Numbered from the stretch's first letter, positions 32,009-43,652 are shown. The stretch: DNA of 64,000 nt from Rhizobium sp. (GCA_047606605.1 JASGEG010000101.1:2217-66216), one strand, 5' to 3'. Notes: a model not told the origin generated them from the sequence alone. Made by a program: numbers and translations.

Positions 32009-32881
32009 TCAAACCGCCGCGGCCCGCCGCTTCATCCTTTCGCTGACAATGATAATCAGCCCCGCGCTCAAGATCAGAACAGCGCCGATAAATGTGTTGG
32101 CCGCCGGCACATCGCCCCAGATCAGGTAGCCGAGCAAGAAAGCCCAGACCAGCGACGTATATTCGAATGGCGCCAGCACCGATACGGGGGCCTGGCGCAT
32201 GCCTTCGAAAAGGGCGAGCTGGCCGGCGCCGGCGATGAGGCCGGTCAGCGCCAGGAGGACGATCTGGAAGGGCGTCGGCGTCTGCCAGTGGGCGATCGCC
32301 ATGCCGGCGGTCAGGATGATGAAGAGGATATTGGAGACGGCCATCTGGATATGGCTCTTCTCGTGCAGCGCCGTCTTGCGCAACAGCACCATGCCGCTCG
32401 CCCAGAGGACGGCGGCCTGCAGCGCCAGATAGACCGGCCAGGAGATCGACAGGCCCACCGGGTTGGAGGCGATCACCACGCCGCAGAAGCCGACGCCGAC
32501 CGCCATCCAGCGGGCGAAGGTGACCTTCTCGCGCAGCACGATGGTCGCGAGGATCGTGCCGACGATCGGGGCTGCGTAATAGAGCGTCGTCACCTCGGCG
32601 AGCTGCAGATAGCGGGCCGCCGAATAATAGGAGATCCAGGCGATCAGGATCAGGATGCTGCGCAGGATCATCGGCTTGATGATCGGCGAGCGCGCCACCT
32701 TGTGGACGAGGGAAGGCCCCTCGAAGAGGAAGCAGCCGGCCAGGATGGTGCAGCTTCGGATGAACAGGACCTGCCAGACCGGGATGGAGGCGACGAGCAG
32801 CTTCACCGTCGAGTCATGGGCAGTGAACAGCATATAGGCAAACACCGTCAGCAGGATGCCGTAGCTGGTGGAATTTTTCAC
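32009..32881 (-). CDS. DMT/EamA-family transporter
   Basis: About 10 TM segments, LREKV, APFEYTSLVWA; start uncertain. Confidence 0.85.
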   Translation of the reverse strand: MKNSTSYGILLTVFAYMLFTAHDSTVKLLVASIPVWQVLFIRSCTILAGCFLFEGPSLVHKVARSPIIKPMILRSILILIAWISYYSAARYLQLAEVTTLYYAAPIVGTILATIVLREKVTFARWMAVGVGFCGVVIASNPVGLSISWPVYLALQAAVLWASGMVLLRKTALHEKSHIQMAVSNILFIILTAGMAIAHWQTPTPFQIVLLALTGLIAGAGQLALFEGMRQAPVSVLAPFEYTSLVWAFLLGYLIWGDVPAANTFIGAVLILSAGLIIIVSERMKRRAAAV

Positions 32882-33136
32882 GGGGATGCACCAAGGGGAG
32901 GCCGAAAGCCGGCCGGTCGGACAATCTTTCAAAGCTCAAGCGATAGGAGCCTAGCTTTTCGCCGTCAATAGGCCATGGAGGCCGGCGATACCGGCCCTCA
33001 CTCATTTCTGAGCGGTTGTGTTCTTCGCGCCCGCGCTTTAACAGTCGGAGATGAAATGTGACCGTTGGCGCCTGTTTCGGTCATTGAGATTTCAATCGAT
33101 TTAAATATCCTGCCGCCACCGATTGGGGGTGTTTTC

Positions 33137-34339
33137 ATGGACAATATGACGAAATCCGGGAGCTCTCAGGCTCGCAGGAGCGGATTTTTCACGAAATCGC
33201 GCGCAGCCGTCTCGCTGCTGTTTCTGATGAACGGCTTCACGGTCGGCTGCTGGGCGCCGAAGATTCCGGAATTCGCCGAGCGGCTGCAACTGAGCAAGTT
33301 CGAGCTCGGCCTGATGATCCTGGTCTTCGGCGTGGGCTCGCTGGTCATGATGCCGATCGCCGGCGCGCAGATCGCCGGGCGCGGCTCCAGGGTCGTCGTC
33401 AGGGCCTTTGCCGTATTGCTGGTGCCGATGCTGCTCGCCCTGACCTTGGCTCCGAGTGTCTGGACGGCGGCGATCTCCCTGTTTCTGTTCGGCGGCTTCA
33501 TCGGCGCCATGGACGTGGCGATGAACGCCAATGCCGTCTCGGTGGAAAAATCCATGCACCGGGCGATCATGTCCTCCTGCCACGCCTTCTGGAGCCTCGG
33601 CGGCCTCATCGGTTCGGCGCTCGGTGGCCTGTTGATCTCGCGCTGGGGCATTCTCGGCCATGCCGAGGTCTCGACCGTGCTGGCCGCCCTGTTCCTGATC
33701 GTCGCCTGGCCGATGATCCTCGGCGACCAGCCGCATCCGGACGAGGCCAAGCCCAAGGCGCGGCTGCCCATGGTGCCGCTTCCCTGGCTGCTCGGCGTCA
33801 TCGCGCTGTTCTGCATGGTGCCGGAAGGCGCTGTGCTCGACTGGAGCGCGCTCTATCTCGGCCAGGAGAAGGGGGCGTCGGTGGCGCTGTCGGGCTTCGG
33901 CTTCGCCGCCTTCTCGGCCACCATGGCGACGATGCGCTTTGCCGGCGATTTCGTCCGCGACTGGCTGGGCGCGGTCCGCACGCTGCGGGTCTGCACGGTC
34001 TTCGCCATCGTCGGCATGCTGACGGCCGCACTCGCGCCCAACGCCGAGATCGCCATCCTCGGCTTCGCGCTCTGCGGTATCGGTATTTCCAACATGGTGC
34101 CGATCGCCTTTTCCGCTGCCGGCAACATTCCCGGTCTACAGCCGGGCATCGCCATTTCCGTTGTCACCACGCTCGGCTATTCCGGCATGCTGGTCGCGCC
34201 TTCGGCCATCGGCTTTGCCGCCGAACATGTCGGCTTCTCGCCTGTTCTGATGGCGCTGCCGGTGTTGCTGCTGGTCGTGCTGGCATTGTCGTCGCTTGCG
34301 CGCTACGCTGACGGCATCGGCGGCGGTTCGCATGGATAG
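33137..34339 (+). CDS. MFS transporter
   Basis: DVAMNA, MSSCHAFWSLG, EGAVLDWS motifs. Confidence 0.85.
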   Translation: MDNMTKSGSSQARRSGFFTKSRAAVSLLFLMNGFTVGCWAPKIPEFAERLQLSKFELGLMILVFGVGSLVMMPIAGAQIAGRGSRVVVRAFAVLLVPMLLALTLAPSVWTAAISLFLFGGFIGAMDVAMNANAVSVEKSMHRAIMSSCHAFWSLGGLIGSALGGLLISRWGILGHAEVSTVLAALFLIVAWPMILGDQPHPDEAKPKARLPMVPLPWLLGVIALFCMVPEGAVLDWSALYLGQEKGASVALSGFGFAAFSATMATMRFAGDFVRDWLGAVRTLRVCTVFAIVGMLTAALAPNAEIAILGFALCGIGISNMVPIAFSAAGNIPGLQPGIAISVVTTLGYSGMLVAPSAIGFAAEHVGFSPVLMALPVLLLVVLALSSLARYADGIGGGSHG

Positions 34340-34477
34340 GTTCGCATTAATTTGGTCGCTTTCGCCTGCTATTGCGGTGCCCGCGCCCAAACAAACTCAT
34401 CAGCGGAGCGGTTGACAACGACCGTTTCGTGATCCACCTGAAAAGCATCCGTTTCCCGAGACCAACAAGAGCTTTCC

Positions 34478-35731
34478 ATGTCGTCCGCCACTGATTTCGA
34501 TCCGAAGCCGCGCCGTTCCTCCGTTGCCGTCGATGTCGGCGGCGTCATCGTCGGCGGCGGCGCGCCCGTGGTCGTGCAGTCCATGACCAATACCGACACC
34601 GCCGATATCGATTCGACCGTGGCGCAGGTGGCGGCGCTCTACCGGTCCGGCTCGGAGCTGGTGCGCATCACCGTCGACCGCGACGAAAGCGCTGCCGCCG
34701 TGCCGAAGATCCGCGAGCGACTGCTGCGCCTCGGCATGGACGTGCCGCTGATCGGCGATTTTCACTATATCGGCCACAAGCTCTTGGCCGATCATCCGGC
34801 CTGCGCCGAGGCTCTGGCGAAATACCGCATCAATCCCGGCAATGTCGGCTTCAAGGACAAGAAGGACAAGCAGTTCGCCGAGATCATCGAGATGGCGATC
34901 CGCTACGACAAGCCGGTGCGCATCGGCGTCAACTGGGGCTCGCTCGATCAGGACCTGCTGACCGCGCTGATGGACAAGAATGCCGCCGAAGGCTCGCCGC
35001 TGTCGGCCCGGCAGGTGACGCGCGAGACGATCGTGCAGTCGGCGCTGATCTCGGCCGATCTCGCCGAAGAAATCGGCCTGCCGCGCAACCGCATCATCCT
35101 CTCGGCCAAGGTCAGCCAGGTGCAGGACCTGATCGCCGTCTATTCCATGCTGTCGGAGCGCTCCGATCATGCGCTGCATCTCGGCCTCACCGAGGCCGGC
35201 ATGGGCTCCAAGGGCATCGTCGCCTCGTCGGCGGCCATGGGCTATGTGCTGCAGCACGGTATCGGCGACACGATCCGCGTTTCCTTGACGCCGGAGCCGA
35301 ATGGCGACCGCACCCGCGAGGTGCAGGTGGCACAGGAGCTGCTGCAGGTCATGGGCTTCCGCCAGTTCATCCCGGTCGTCGCCGCTTGTCCCGGCTGTGG
35401 CCGCACGACGTCGACGGTCTTCCAGGAACTGGCGCAGAACATCCAGAACGACATCCGCAAGAACATGCCGGTCTGGCGCGAGAAATATCCGGGCGTCGAG
35501 GCGCTGAACGTCGCCGTCATGGGCTGCATCGTCAATGGTCCGGGCGAGAGCAAGCATGCCGATATCGGCATTTCGCTGCCGGGCACGGGCGAGACGCCGG
35601 CCGCCCCGGTCTTCATCGACGGCCAGAAGGCGATGACGCTGCGCGGCCCCAACATCGCCTCGGATTTCGAGGCGCTGGTGACCGACTATATCGAGAAGCG
35701 GTTCGGCCGGAAGGATGTCGCGGCGGAGTGA
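34478..35731 (+). CDS. ispG: HMBPP synthase (GcpE)
   Basis: [37 protein letters not shown]. Confidence 0.96.
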   Translation: MSSATDFDPKPRRSSVAVDVGGVIVGGGAPVVVQSMTNTDTADIDSTVAQVAALYRSGSELVRITVDRDESAAAVPKIRERLLRLGMDVPLIGDFHYIGHKLLADHPACAEALAKYRINPGNVGFKDKKDKQFAEIIEMAIRYDKPVRIGVNWGSLDQDLLTALMDKNAAEGSPLSARQVTRETIVQSALISADLAEEIGLPRNRIILSAKVSQVQDLIAVYSMLSERSDHALHLGLTEAGMGSKGIVASSAAMGYVLQHGIGDTIRVSLTPEPNGDRTREVQVAQELLQVMGFRQFIPVVAACPGCGRTTSTVFQELAQNIQNDIRKNMPVWREKYPGVEALNVAVMGCIVNGPGESKHADIGISLPGTGETPAAPVFIDGQKAMTLRGPNIASDFEALVTDYIEKRFGRKDVAAE

Positions 35732-35750
35732 TCCGCCGCTTGATCCGGCT

Positions 35751-36392
35751 TCAGATATTGCTCGTCAGCAGCTTGATGCCGGCGAAGCAATAGAAGCCCG
35801 CCATGGCGCCTTCGATCCAGCGGCGCGCATTGCGGTAGATCTTCAGCGCGTGCGGCGTCGAAAACAGCACCGCATAACCCATGAACACGATGAAGCCGGT
35901 CGTGCCGCAGACGGCGATGATCAGCACGGCGACCGAGGCCGGCGCGCCCTGCGGCATGCCGAGCGCGATGATGGCGAGCCAGGCGAAGATCGCCTTCGGA
36001 TTGGTGACGTGGATGCCGTAGCCGCGCAGGACCAGCGATTTGAAGCCGGGCGTCTTCGGCCCCTCGGCGGCGGCCGGCAGTTCGCCGCTCGCCCGCACGG
36101 CGCGAAAGGCCTTGTAGGCGAGATAGAGCAAATAGAGCCCGCCGAAGATTTTCAGGACCTCCAGCGCCATCGCATAGGTCTGCAGCAGCGTGGCAAGGCC
36201 GGCGGCGGCAGCGATCGCCCAGGTCAGCGAACCGCCGAAAATGCCGAGCGACAGCGTCATGCCCGCCTTGCGGCCATGGGTCATCGATGTGCCGATGATG
36301 GCCATGATCGCCGGGCCGGGGCTGGCGACGGCAACGAGATAGGCGATATAGGCCGGCACGATCTGCGGCAGATAGGCGAGCGCCTCATGCAT
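35751..36392 (-). CDS. LysE/RhtB-family exporter
   Basis: SPGP, GGLYLLYLA, NPKA motifs. Confidence 0.88.
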   Translation of the reverse strand: MHEALAYLPQIVPAYIAYLVAVASPGPAIMAIIGTSMTHGRKAGMTLSLGIFGGSLTWAIAAAAGLATLLQTYAMALEVLKIFGGLYLLYLAYKAFRAVRASGELPAAAEGPKTPGFKSLVLRGYGIHVTNPKAIFAWLAIIALGMPQGAPASVAVLIIAVCGTTGFIVFMGYAVLFSTPHALKIYRNARRWIEGAMAGFYCFAGIKLLTSNI

Positions 36393-36542
36393 GGGGATAG
36401 TCCTGAAACTGCGGCCGGCGCGGGCTATTCCGCGCCTGGGGTCATTCTGACGCGGGAAACTGCCACGAAACACGCGAAAAATCATCCGTTCATGCCGGAA
36501 TTCTTGTCATGGTGACATTCGGCTTGCCCGAGCGGGAGCGGA

Positions 36543-37457
36543 TCAGTTCCTGCGATTGGCGACGAAGCGGGCCGTCTCGATCAGGGTCGCCGCTTTCGCG
36601 CCATAGGGCGACAGCAGTTCGGCGGCTTCCGCCACCAGCCTTGCCAGCGTCGTTTCTGCCCAGGCCTGGCCATGCAGCGCCACCAGCGTGCCCTTGCCGC
36701 GCGCCGCGTCCTTGCCGGTCGCCTTGCCCATGGTGACGGCGTCGGCGGTGAGGTCGAGCAGGTCGTCGGCGAGCTGGAAGGCAAGGCCGATCTTTTCGCC
36801 GAAGCTGCGCAGCCGCTTCCGGTCTTCCGCCAAGGCGCCGGCAACGATCGCGCCCGCCTCGCAGGCGAAACGGATCAGCGCGCCGGTCTTCATCGCCTGC
36901 AGCGTGGTGATGCCTTGTTCGTCCGGCGCCACCTTTTCGGCGGCGAGGTCGAGCGCCTGGCCGCCGGCCATGCCGCCGATGCCGGAGGCGCGCGCCAGCG
37001 CCAGCACCAGCGCCATCTTGCGGTCCGCCGGCAGGTCCGTGTCCGGCGCGGCGATGATGTCGAAGGCATAGGTCAGCAGGCTGTCGCCGGCGAGGATCGC
37101 CGTCGCATAGTCGAAGGCGATGTGCACGGTCGGCTGGCCGCGGCGCAGATCGTCGTCGTCCATGGCCGGCAGGTCGTCATGCACCAGCGAATAGCAATGC
37201 ACGCATTCGAGCGCCGCGCCGATCCGGAGCGCCGCATCCGCGCTACCGTCGAGAAGAGCCGCGGTTTCCATCACGAGAAAGGGCCGCAGCCGTTTGCCGC
37301 CGTTCAGCACGCCGTGGCGCATCGCTTCGAGCAGGCGGGTAGGGCGGGTGATCTCGTCCGCCAGGCTGGCATCGGCCAGAAGCCGGCTCAGGACAGCCTC
37401 GACCTTGCCGGCATTGTCCCTGAGGCGACGTTCGAAGGAGGAATTGGTGCTGTCCAT
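36543..37457 (-). CDS. ispA: Farnesyl/geranylgeranyl diphosphate synthase
   Basis: [31 protein letters not shown]. Confidence 0.92.
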   Translation of the reverse strand: MDSTNSSFERRLRDNAGKVEAVLSRLLADASLADEITRPTRLLEAMRHGVLNGGKRLRPFLVMETAALLDGSADAALRIGAALECVHCYSLVHDDLPAMDDDDLRRGQPTVHIAFDYATAILAGDSLLTYAFDIIAAPDTDLPADRKMALVLALARASGIGGMAGGQALDLAAEKVAPDEQGITTLQAMKTGALIRFACEAGAIVAGALAEDRKRLRSFGEKIGLAFQLADDLLDLTADAVTMGKATGKDAARGKGTLVALHGQAWAETTLARLVAEAAELLSPYGAKAATLIETARFVANRRN

Positions 37458-37620
37458 GGCCGCTGTTTGGCACGAGTGCCGGTCGCTGGCAACGAGAATT
37501 GTCAACAGCCGGTGGGGGAATCTCGTCGCACTCTGGTCATCGCTTTGTGTAGACGGTATGACAAATGGAGCATTCCCGGCGCGTTCCCCGAATGCGCAAG
37601 GAGCGCCGCGGGACAGGGCG

Positions 37621-38385
37621 ATGGTGGACCTAGGGCAATTGGACATATCGACGGACAGCGAGGAGGAAGCCGAGATGCCGAGACGGTCGGCCCTCGTCGC
37701 GCGCTTCATCGACCGCCCGCTCTGGCAACGCATCGGTCTTGCCGTCCTCGGTTTTGTGCTGCTGCCCTATCTGCTCATCGTTTTCTACCTCCTGCCTTTC
37801 GTTCATCCGATCTCCACGCTGATGCTGCGCGATGCCGCCACCTTCCAGGGCTACGACCGGCGCTGGGTGCCGCTCGACCAGATATCTCCGGTGCTGGTGA
37901 AGTCGGTCATGGTGTCGGAGGACGGGCAGTTCTGCTTTCACGGCGGCGTCGACTGGGGCGAGATGCGCGCGCTGGTGCGCCAGACGCTCAAGGGGGAGGC
38001 GACGCGCGGCGGCAGCACCATTCCGATGCAGACGGCGAAGAACCTGTTCCTCTGGAATGGCCGTTCCTTCGTGCGCAAGACGCTGGAGCTGCCGCTTGCC
38101 GTCACCTCCTCCTTCGTCTGGTCGAAGCGGCGGATGATGGAGATCTATCTGAATATCGCCGAATGGGGCCCGGGCATCTACGGCATCGAGGCCGCCGCCC
38201 GCTACCATTTCAAGGTACCGGCCTCGAAGCTGACGGCCCGCCAGGCGGCATTGCTCGCCGTTTCCCTGCCCAACCCGATCGACCGGGTGGCGAGCAAGCC
38301 CGGGCGGGGCCTGCGCCAGCTCGCCTCGCTGATCCAGCGGCGGGCGGCCAATTCCGGCGAATACATCAAGTGCCTTTATAACTGA
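37621..38385 (+). CDS. mtgA: Monofunctional peptidoglycan transglycosylase
   Basis: [30 protein letters not shown]; start uncertain. Confidence 0.9.
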   Translation: MVDLGQLDISTDSEEEAEMPRRSALVARFIDRPLWQRIGLAVLGFVLLPYLLIVFYLLPFVHPISTLMLRDAATFQGYDRRWVPLDQISPVLVKSVMVSEDGQFCFHGGVDWGEMRALVRQTLKGEATRGGSTIPMQTAKNLFLWNGRSFVRKTLELPLAVTSSFVWSKRRMMEIYLNIAEWGPGIYGIEAAARYHFKVPASKLTARQAALLAVSLPNPIDRVASKPGRGLRQLASLIQRRAANSGEYIKCLYN

Positions 38386-38534
38386 TATCAGAACTTGTCG
38401 TTCGATCGGGCGGCCGTCATCCGGCATTCTTCGCTGGCGAAGGATGCCGGCGCCCCGCGTTCGCCCTTCGCCCATCGCAACAGGACGTTTTCAAGAAACG
38501 CCTCGTTTCAAAATTGAGGCCAGAGGGACGAACC

Positions 38535-39182
38535 ATGGACAAGCTCACGCTCTATATCGGCAACAAGAACTATTCCTCCTGGTCTCTGCGGCCGTGGATC
38601 GCGCTGGAAGGATGCGGCATCGCCTTCGAGGAGGTGCTCATCCCCTTCGATTTCGCCGCCGGCAATCCCCGTATCCGCGAGGTCTCGCCGACCGGCCGGG
38701 TGCCGATGCTGGTGCATGGCGATCTCAAGGTCTGGGAATCGCTTGCCATCATCGAATATGCGGCGGAGCTTTTCCCGGATGCCGGTCTCTGGCCCAAGGA
38801 CAGGCGGGCGCGGGCGCTGGCGCGGTGCTATAGCATGGAGATGCTTTCGGGCTTCCGCGCCCTGCGCAACGCCTGCCCGATGAACATGCGTCGCCCGGTC
38901 AGCCCGCTCAATCTGCCGGAAGGCGTCATGGAGGACGTGGCGCGCATCGAGGAGATCTGGCGCGAGGCGCGCCGCTCTTCCGGCGGCCCCTTCCTGTTCG
39001 GCGCGTTTTCCGGCGCCGATGCCATGTTTGCGCCGGTGGTCAGCCGTCTCGAAAAATATGATATTGCCGTTGCGGCCGATACGCGCGATTACATGGCCGC
39101 CATGAAGGCGCTGCCGGCCTGGAAGGCATGGGAAGAGGCGGCACTGAAGGAAACATGGATCGTGCCGGTCGATGAAGCCTGA
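38535..39182 (+). CDS. Glutathione S-transferase family protein
   Basis: GNKNYSSWSLRPW, WESLAI, ADAMFAPV. Confidence 0.9.
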   Translation: MDKLTLYIGNKNYSSWSLRPWIALEGCGIAFEEVLIPFDFAAGNPRIREVSPTGRVPMLVHGDLKVWESLAIIEYAAELFPDAGLWPKDRRARALARCYSMEMLSGFRALRNACPMNMRRPVSPLNLPEGVMEDVARIEEIWREARRSSGGPFLFGAFSGADAMFAPVVSRLEKYDIAVAADTRDYMAAMKALPAWKAWEEAALKETWIVPVDEA

Positions 39183-39361
39183 TGGCCGATTCGATCCGAA
39201 TCGGAGGGAATCAGGCGCCACCGGCAAAAAATGCTGGGAGGGACTGGTCAAAGCCGCATAAGCCATGTATAAGCCGGCCCAATTTCCGAAATTGATGCAT
39301 GTCTGTTTCGGCCGCCAGGCTGGCCGCTGATATGTTTCGTCCGCAAAGTGGAGTAACGAAA

Positions 39362-39547
39362 ATGGCTGTACCGAAGAGAAAAACGAGCCCGTCCAAGCGC
39401 GGTATGCGCCGTTCGGCTGATGCGCTGAAGGCTTCGACCTACGTTGAAGACAAGAACTCCGGCGAACTGCGTCGCCCGCACCACATCGACCTGAAGACCG
39501 GCATGTACCGCGGCCGTCAGGTTCTGACGCCGAAGGAAAGCGCATAA
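39362..39547 (+). CDS. rpmF: 50S ribosomal protein L32
   Basis: [18 protein letters not shown]...GMYRGRQVL. Confidence 0.96.
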   Translation: MAVPKRKTSPSKRGMRRSADALKASTYVEDKNSGELRRPHHIDLKTGMYRGRQVLTPKESA

Positions 39548-39574
39548 TCTAGCGCTGCCTCAGGGCTGAGATTG

Positions 39575-39603
39575 AAAGGCTGGCGTTTCGCCGGCCTTTT
39601 TCT
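39575..39603 (+). terminator. Terminator after rpmF
   Basis: aaaggctggcg-ttt-cgccggccttttt. Confidence 0.85.
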
Positions 39604-39623
39604 GTTTTGATCGGGATGTTTCT

Positions 39624-39772
39624 ACCCTCACCCCAACGGGGAGAGGGTAGCGCGGCACGCGCGGATGGGGGGCGTTACCGGGAAACGTTTGTCGGCATAG
39701 CAGATCGACCCGGAATATACCGCGCGCCCCTTATCCGACCCTTCGGGCCACCTTCTCCCCAAAGGGAGAAGG
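39624..39772. repeat. REP-like inverted pair of hairpin repeats
   Basis: ccctcaccccaacggggagaggg ... ccttctcccccaaagggagaagg; related to 51292-51442. Confidence 0.65.
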
Positions 39773-39779
39773 ATAGATC

Positions 39780-40352
39780 TCACAAGCTGTCCAGCTTGTT
39801 CTGCATGGCGCGCAGCTGTTCCTTCAGCTCGTCGATGTCCTTCGCCTCCGCCTTGCGGCTTTCCTTGACCGGCGGCTTCATGAAGGGGGAGAACATCTGC
39901 ATGGCCTGCTGGAACATTTCGGTATTGCGCCGAACCTGTTCCTCGACCATCTGCATGGGAAGCTGCAGGTTCTTGCCGAGCGGCGTTTCGCCGAAGGCGC
40001 GGTTGATCTGTTCGCGCATCTGCGTCTGCTGTTCGGTGAAGGCGCGCATGGAATGTTCGAGGAAGCTCGGCACGACCATCTGCATCTGATCGCCGTAATA
40101 GCCGATGAGCTGCCGGAGGAAGGAAATCGGCAGCAGCGTATTCCCGGTCTTCGATTCCTGTTCGAAAATGATCTGCGTCAGGACCGAATGCGTGATGTCT
40201 TCGCCGCTTTTCGCATCCTGGACGGTAAATTCCTCGCCCTTTTTCACCATTTCCGCCAGGTCATCCAGGGTCACATATGTGCTGGTGCCGGTATTGTATA
40301 GGCGGCGGTTGGCATATTTCTTAATTACGATCTGGCCGTCAGTCTTTGCCAT
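39780..40352 (-). CDS. phaR: PHA synthesis repressor PhaR (AniA)
   Basis: IKKYANRRLYNTGTSTYVTL, DITHSVLTQII; divergent from phbA. Confidence 0.95.
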   Translation of the reverse strand: MAKTDGQIVIKKYANRRLYNTGTSTYVTLDDLAEMVKKGEEFTVQDAKSGEDITHSVLTQIIFEQESKTGNTLLPISFLRQLIGYYGDQMQMVVPSFLEHSMRAFTEQQTQMREQINRAFGETPLGKNLQLPMQMVEEQVRRNTEMFQQAMQMFSPFMKPPVKESRKAEAKDIDELKEQLRAMQNKLDSL

Positions 40353-40437
40353 TATCAGTCTCCTGGCCCCCATCTGATTGCATGGAAGTTCCTCCGTTTA
40401 TGAGTGTAGACGGAAAAGAAGCTTGGTGACAATCGGT

Positions 40438-40454
40438 TTGTGCGATGCGGCAAG
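40438..40454. promoter_or_regulatory. Putative PhaR operator
   Basis: ttgtgcgatgcggcaa, a TGC/GCA-rich box in the phaR-phbA intergenic region. Confidence 0.45.
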
Positions 40455-40593
40455 CCCTTTCTCACGGTTGTATTTTTCGCTGGCGATGACGGCATGATGA
40501 AATCTGCGGGAGCAGGAAGTCTTGCAGTTTGACTCAGGCGCAAAGCTTTGCCAGTTTCGCCTCATATACTTGTTCATTTGTGAGGAGGCTTCC

Positions 40594-41775
40594 ATGAGCA
40601 ATTCATCCATCGTCGTCGCCGGCGCGGCCCGTACCGCCGTCGGTTCCTTCAACGGCGCCTTTGCGAGCGTTGCGGCGCACGAGCTTGGTGCGACCGCCAT
40701 CAAGGGAGCCCTGGAGCGCGCCGGCGTCGACGCCAAGGAAGTCGACGAGGTCATCCTCGGCCAGGTTCTGCAGGCCGGCGAAGGGCAGAATCCGGCCCGC
40801 CAGGCCGCGATGAAGGCCGGCATCCCGCAGGAGGCGACCGCCTGGAGCGTCAACCAGCTTTGCGGCTCCGGCCTGCGCGCCGTCGCACTCGGATTGCAGC
40901 AGATCGCGACGGGCGACGCCAAGATCATCGTCGCCGGCGGCCAGGAGTCCATGTCGATGGCCCCGCATGCCGCCCATCTGCGCGCCGGCACCAAGATGGG
41001 CGACATGAAGATGATCGACACCATGATCAAGGACGGCCTGACGGACGCCTTCTACGGCTATCACATGGGCATCACGGCGGAGAACATCGCCCGCCAGTGG
41101 CAGCTTTCGCGCGACGATCAGGACCAGTTCGCCGTCGCCTCCCAGAACAAGGCCGAGGCCGCGCAGAAGGCCGGGCGGTTCAAGGATGAGATCGTTCCCT
41201 TCACCATCCAGACCCGCAAGGGCGACGTCACCGTCGATGCCGACGAATACATCCGCCATGGCGCGACGCTCGACGGCATGACGAAACTGCGCCCGGCCTT
41301 CGACAAGGACGGCACGGTGACGGCGGCCAATGCGTCCGGCCTCAACGACGGTGCGGCCGCGGCCGTGCTGATGACCGAGGCGGAAGCCTCGCGCCGCGGC
41401 ATCCAGCCGCTTGCCCGCATCGTGTCCTGGGCGACGGCCGGCGTCGATCCCAAGATCATGGGCACCGGCCCGATCCCGGCCTCGCGCAAGGCGCTGGAAA
41501 AGGCTGGCTGGTCCGTCGGCGACCTCGATCTCGTCGAGGCCAACGAGGCCTTCGCCGCCCAGGCTTGCGCCGTCAACAAGGATCTCGGCTGGGATACGTC
41601 GATCGTCAACGTCAATGGCGGCGCCATCGCCATCGGTCACCCGATCGGCGCATCCGGCGCCCGCATCCTCAACACGCTGCTGTTCGAAATGAAGCGTCGC
41701 GGCGCCCGCAAGGGTCTCGCCACGCTGTGCATCGGCGGCGGCATGGGCGTTGCCATGTGCTTCGAGGCGCTGTGA
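40594..41775 (+). CDS. phbA: Acetyl-CoA acetyltransferase (beta-ketothiolase)
   Basis: [24 protein letters not shown]. Confidence 0.95.
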   Translation: MSNSSIVVAGAARTAVGSFNGAFASVAAHELGATAIKGALERAGVDAKEVDEVILGQVLQAGEGQNPARQAAMKAGIPQEATAWSVNQLCGSGLRAVALGLQQIATGDAKIIVAGGQESMSMAPHAAHLRAGTKMGDMKMIDTMIKDGLTDAFYGYHMGITAENIARQWQLSRDDQDQFAVASQNKAEAAQKAGRFKDEIVPFTIQTRKGDVTVDADEYIRHGATLDGMTKLRPAFDKDGTVTAANASGLNDGAAAAVLMTEAEASRRGIQPLARIVSWATAGVDPKIMGTGPIPASRKALEKAGWSVGDLDLVEANEAFAAQACAVNKDLGWDTSIVNVNGGAIAIGHPIGASGARILNTLLFEMKRRGARKGLATLCIGGGMGVAMCFEAL

Positions 41776-41798
41776 CGCGCCTTTGCGCGTCGGCGTCG

Positions 41799-41904
41799 CA
41801 GAGCAATTCCAGGAAAAGTGCGTGAGCCGCTTTCCGTCCGGAATTGCGTAGCAACCAAGAGATAGAGCGTTTTCGCGATTCGGCGAAAAGCGGAAATGCT
41901 CTAG
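41799..41904 (+). repeat. RIME/MITE-like repeat, copy 2
   Basis: gagcaattccaggaaaagtgcgtgagccgctttccgtccggaattgcgt...ggaaatgctctag. Confidence 0.8.
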
Positions 41905-42003
41905 AAGACAGTCTCGAATTATTGTCCAGAAGAAACGGCAAAGGCGGAGCGGGCGACCGGAGGATCGGTCGTCCCGTCCCCGCCGCAACAAGGGGAGTGG
42001 CAC

Positions 42004-42729
42004 ATGAGCAGAGTGGCGTTGGTGACGGGGGGGACGCGCGGCATCGGAGCGGCGATTTCGATGGCGCTGCGCAATGCCGGCTATAAGGTTGCGGCGACCT
42101 ATGCCGGCAACGAGGAGAAAGCCCGCGCCTTTCATGAGGTGACGGGCATTTCCGTCTACAAGTGGGACGTGACGAGCTACGAAGACTGTGGCAAGGGCAT
42201 CGCCAAGGTCGAGGCCGAACTCGGCCCCGTCGAGATCCTCGTCAACAATGCCGGGATCACCCGCGACGCCATGTTCCACAAGATGACGCCGCAGCAATGG
42301 AACGAGGTGATCAGCACCAACCTCACCGGCCTGTTCAACATGACGCATCATGTCTGGCAGGGCATGCGCGACCGCAGTTTCGGCCGCGTCATCAATATTT
42401 CCTCGATCAATGGCCAGAAGGGTCAGATGGGCCAGGCGAACTATTCCGCCGCCAAGGCCGGCGACCTCGGCTTCACCAGGGCGCTTGCCCAGGAAGGTGC
42501 TGCCAAGAACATCACGGTCAACGCCATTTGCCCCGGCTATATCGGCACGGAAATGGTGCTTGCGGTGCCGGAAAAGGTGTTGAACGAGCGCATCATCCCG
42601 CAGATCCCGGTCGGACGCCTGGGCGAGCCGGAAGAGATCGCCCGCGCCGTCGTCTTCCTGGCCGCCGACGATGCCGGCTTCATCACCGGATCGACGATCA
42701 GCGCCAATGGCGGACAGTTCTTCGCCTGA
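42004..42729 (+). CDS. phbB: Acetoacetyl-CoA reductase
   Basis: TGGTRGIG, NGQKGQMGQANYSAAK; follows phbA. Confidence 0.95.
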   Translation: MSRVALVTGGTRGIGAAISMALRNAGYKVAATYAGNEEKARAFHEVTGISVYKWDVTSYEDCGKGIAKVEAELGPVEILVNNAGITRDAMFHKMTPQQWNEVISTNLTGLFNMTHHVWQGMRDRSFGRVINISSINGQKGQMGQANYSAAKAGDLGFTRALAQEGAAKNITVNAICPGYIGTEMVLAVPEKVLNERIIPQIPVGRLGEPEEIARAVVFLAADDAGFITGSTISANGGQFFA

Positions 42730-42743
42730 TTGCGAAAAGCGAT

Positions 42744-42776
42744 ACGGTGATTGCCGGGGCTCCCGGCAATCACCGT
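42744..42776. terminator. Hairpin between convergent genes (possible bidirectional terminator)
   Basis: acggtgattgccggg-gct-cccggcaatcaccgt. Confidence 0.65.
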
Positions 42777-42943
42777 GCGCGGGAATTCGTGGAGTGCGGC
42801 TGTCTCGGTTTGAATTCGAGGACGACGGGCTTGAAGACCATGCGGCGCATTTCCCGGTCGCGGACCCGCGACGCATAGATGAGCACGACGAAACTCGTGC
42901 CGACGAGGGCGAGCGCTGCGATGCTTGCGATGATCAAGACCAT
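42770..42943 (-). CDS. Small single-TM protein (57 aa), absent from ORF track
   Basis: AAGGAGG RBS; MVLIIASIAALALVGTSFVVLIYASRVRDREMRRMVFKPVVLEFKPRQPHSTNSRAR. Confidence 0.65.
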   Translation of the reverse strand: MVLIIASIAALALVGTSFVVLIYASRVRDREMRRMVFKPVVLEFKPRQPHSTNSRAR

Positions 42944-43103
42944 GATGCCGTTTCCTCCTTACATCATTTCCCGCGCGGCTGGCGCGCGGTAAACCTCTCG
43001 TCGCGGTCATCTCCTCAAAATGGTGCCGCGGCGACTTCGGCCGGTCGCCAATGGTACATAGGCAACCGGCCGCGCACAACCGGCTTTTACCGGTCAGACC
43101 TTC

Positions 43104-43197
43104 GAGCGTTTCAGAGAATCGCTGAAACGCTCCAACTTTTCGCTTCTATGCAATTCCGAACGGAAAACCGCTCTGCGCTTTTCCTGGAATGGCTTTA
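43104..43197 (-). repeat. RIME/MITE-like repeat, copy 3 (diverged)
   Basis: Minus strand taaagccattccaggaaaag...ttccgttcggaattgc...gagcgtttcagcgatt. Confidence 0.7.
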
Positions 43198-43449
43198 GCG
43201 GCAACGAGCCTCGTAGCGGTTGCCGTAGCGGTCGCGGTAGATGCAATAGCCGCGGCGCTCATGGGAGCGGCCGATGAGATTGCCGACAACACCGCCCGCA
43301 ACCGCGCCGACCGCGGCACCGCCCCAGCTATTGGTGGCGACGCCGCCGATCAGCGCGCCGGTTCCCGCGCCGATGGCCGTCCCTTTTTCCGTTGCGGTGC
43401 ACGAGGCGAGTGCCCCGACCAGCGCAATCGCGACGATGACTTTCTTCAT
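43195..43449 (-). CDS. Glycine-zipper lipoprotein
   Basis: MKK..LASC lipobox, GAGTGALIGG/GAVAGGVVG repeats, Cys-containing C-terminus. Confidence 0.85.
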   Translation of the reverse strand: MKKVIVAIALVGALASCTATEKGTAIGAGTGALIGGVATNSWGGAAVGAVAGGVVGNLIGRSHERRGYCIYRDRYGNRYEARCR

Positions 43450-43496
43450 GGTGGTTGCTCCCTGATGTAGCGAGGTTTTCAACATTATTCGCCGGA

Positions 43497-43652
43497 TCAG
43501 ATCCGGCCCATCAGCAATAGAATGAGAACAATGACGAGAACGAGGCCAAGACCGCCAGATGGACCATATCCCCAGGCTCGGCTGTATCCCCAGCTCGGGA
43601 GAGCGCCGATCAGCATGAGAATCAGGATGACGAGTAATATCGTGCCAAGCAT
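43497..43652 (-). CDS. DUF3309-family small membrane protein
   Basis: MLGTILLVILILMLIGALPSWGYSRAWGYGPSGGLG; GGAGG RBS. Confidence 0.88.
   Translation of the reverse strand: MLGTILLVILILMLIGALPSWGYSRAWGYGPSGGLGLVLVIVLILLLMGRI

Noticed and set aside
39624-39772. REP-like hairpins as a novel ncRNA (also 51292-51442)
   Set aside because: They resemble common dispersed rhizobial palindromic repeats between convergent genes.
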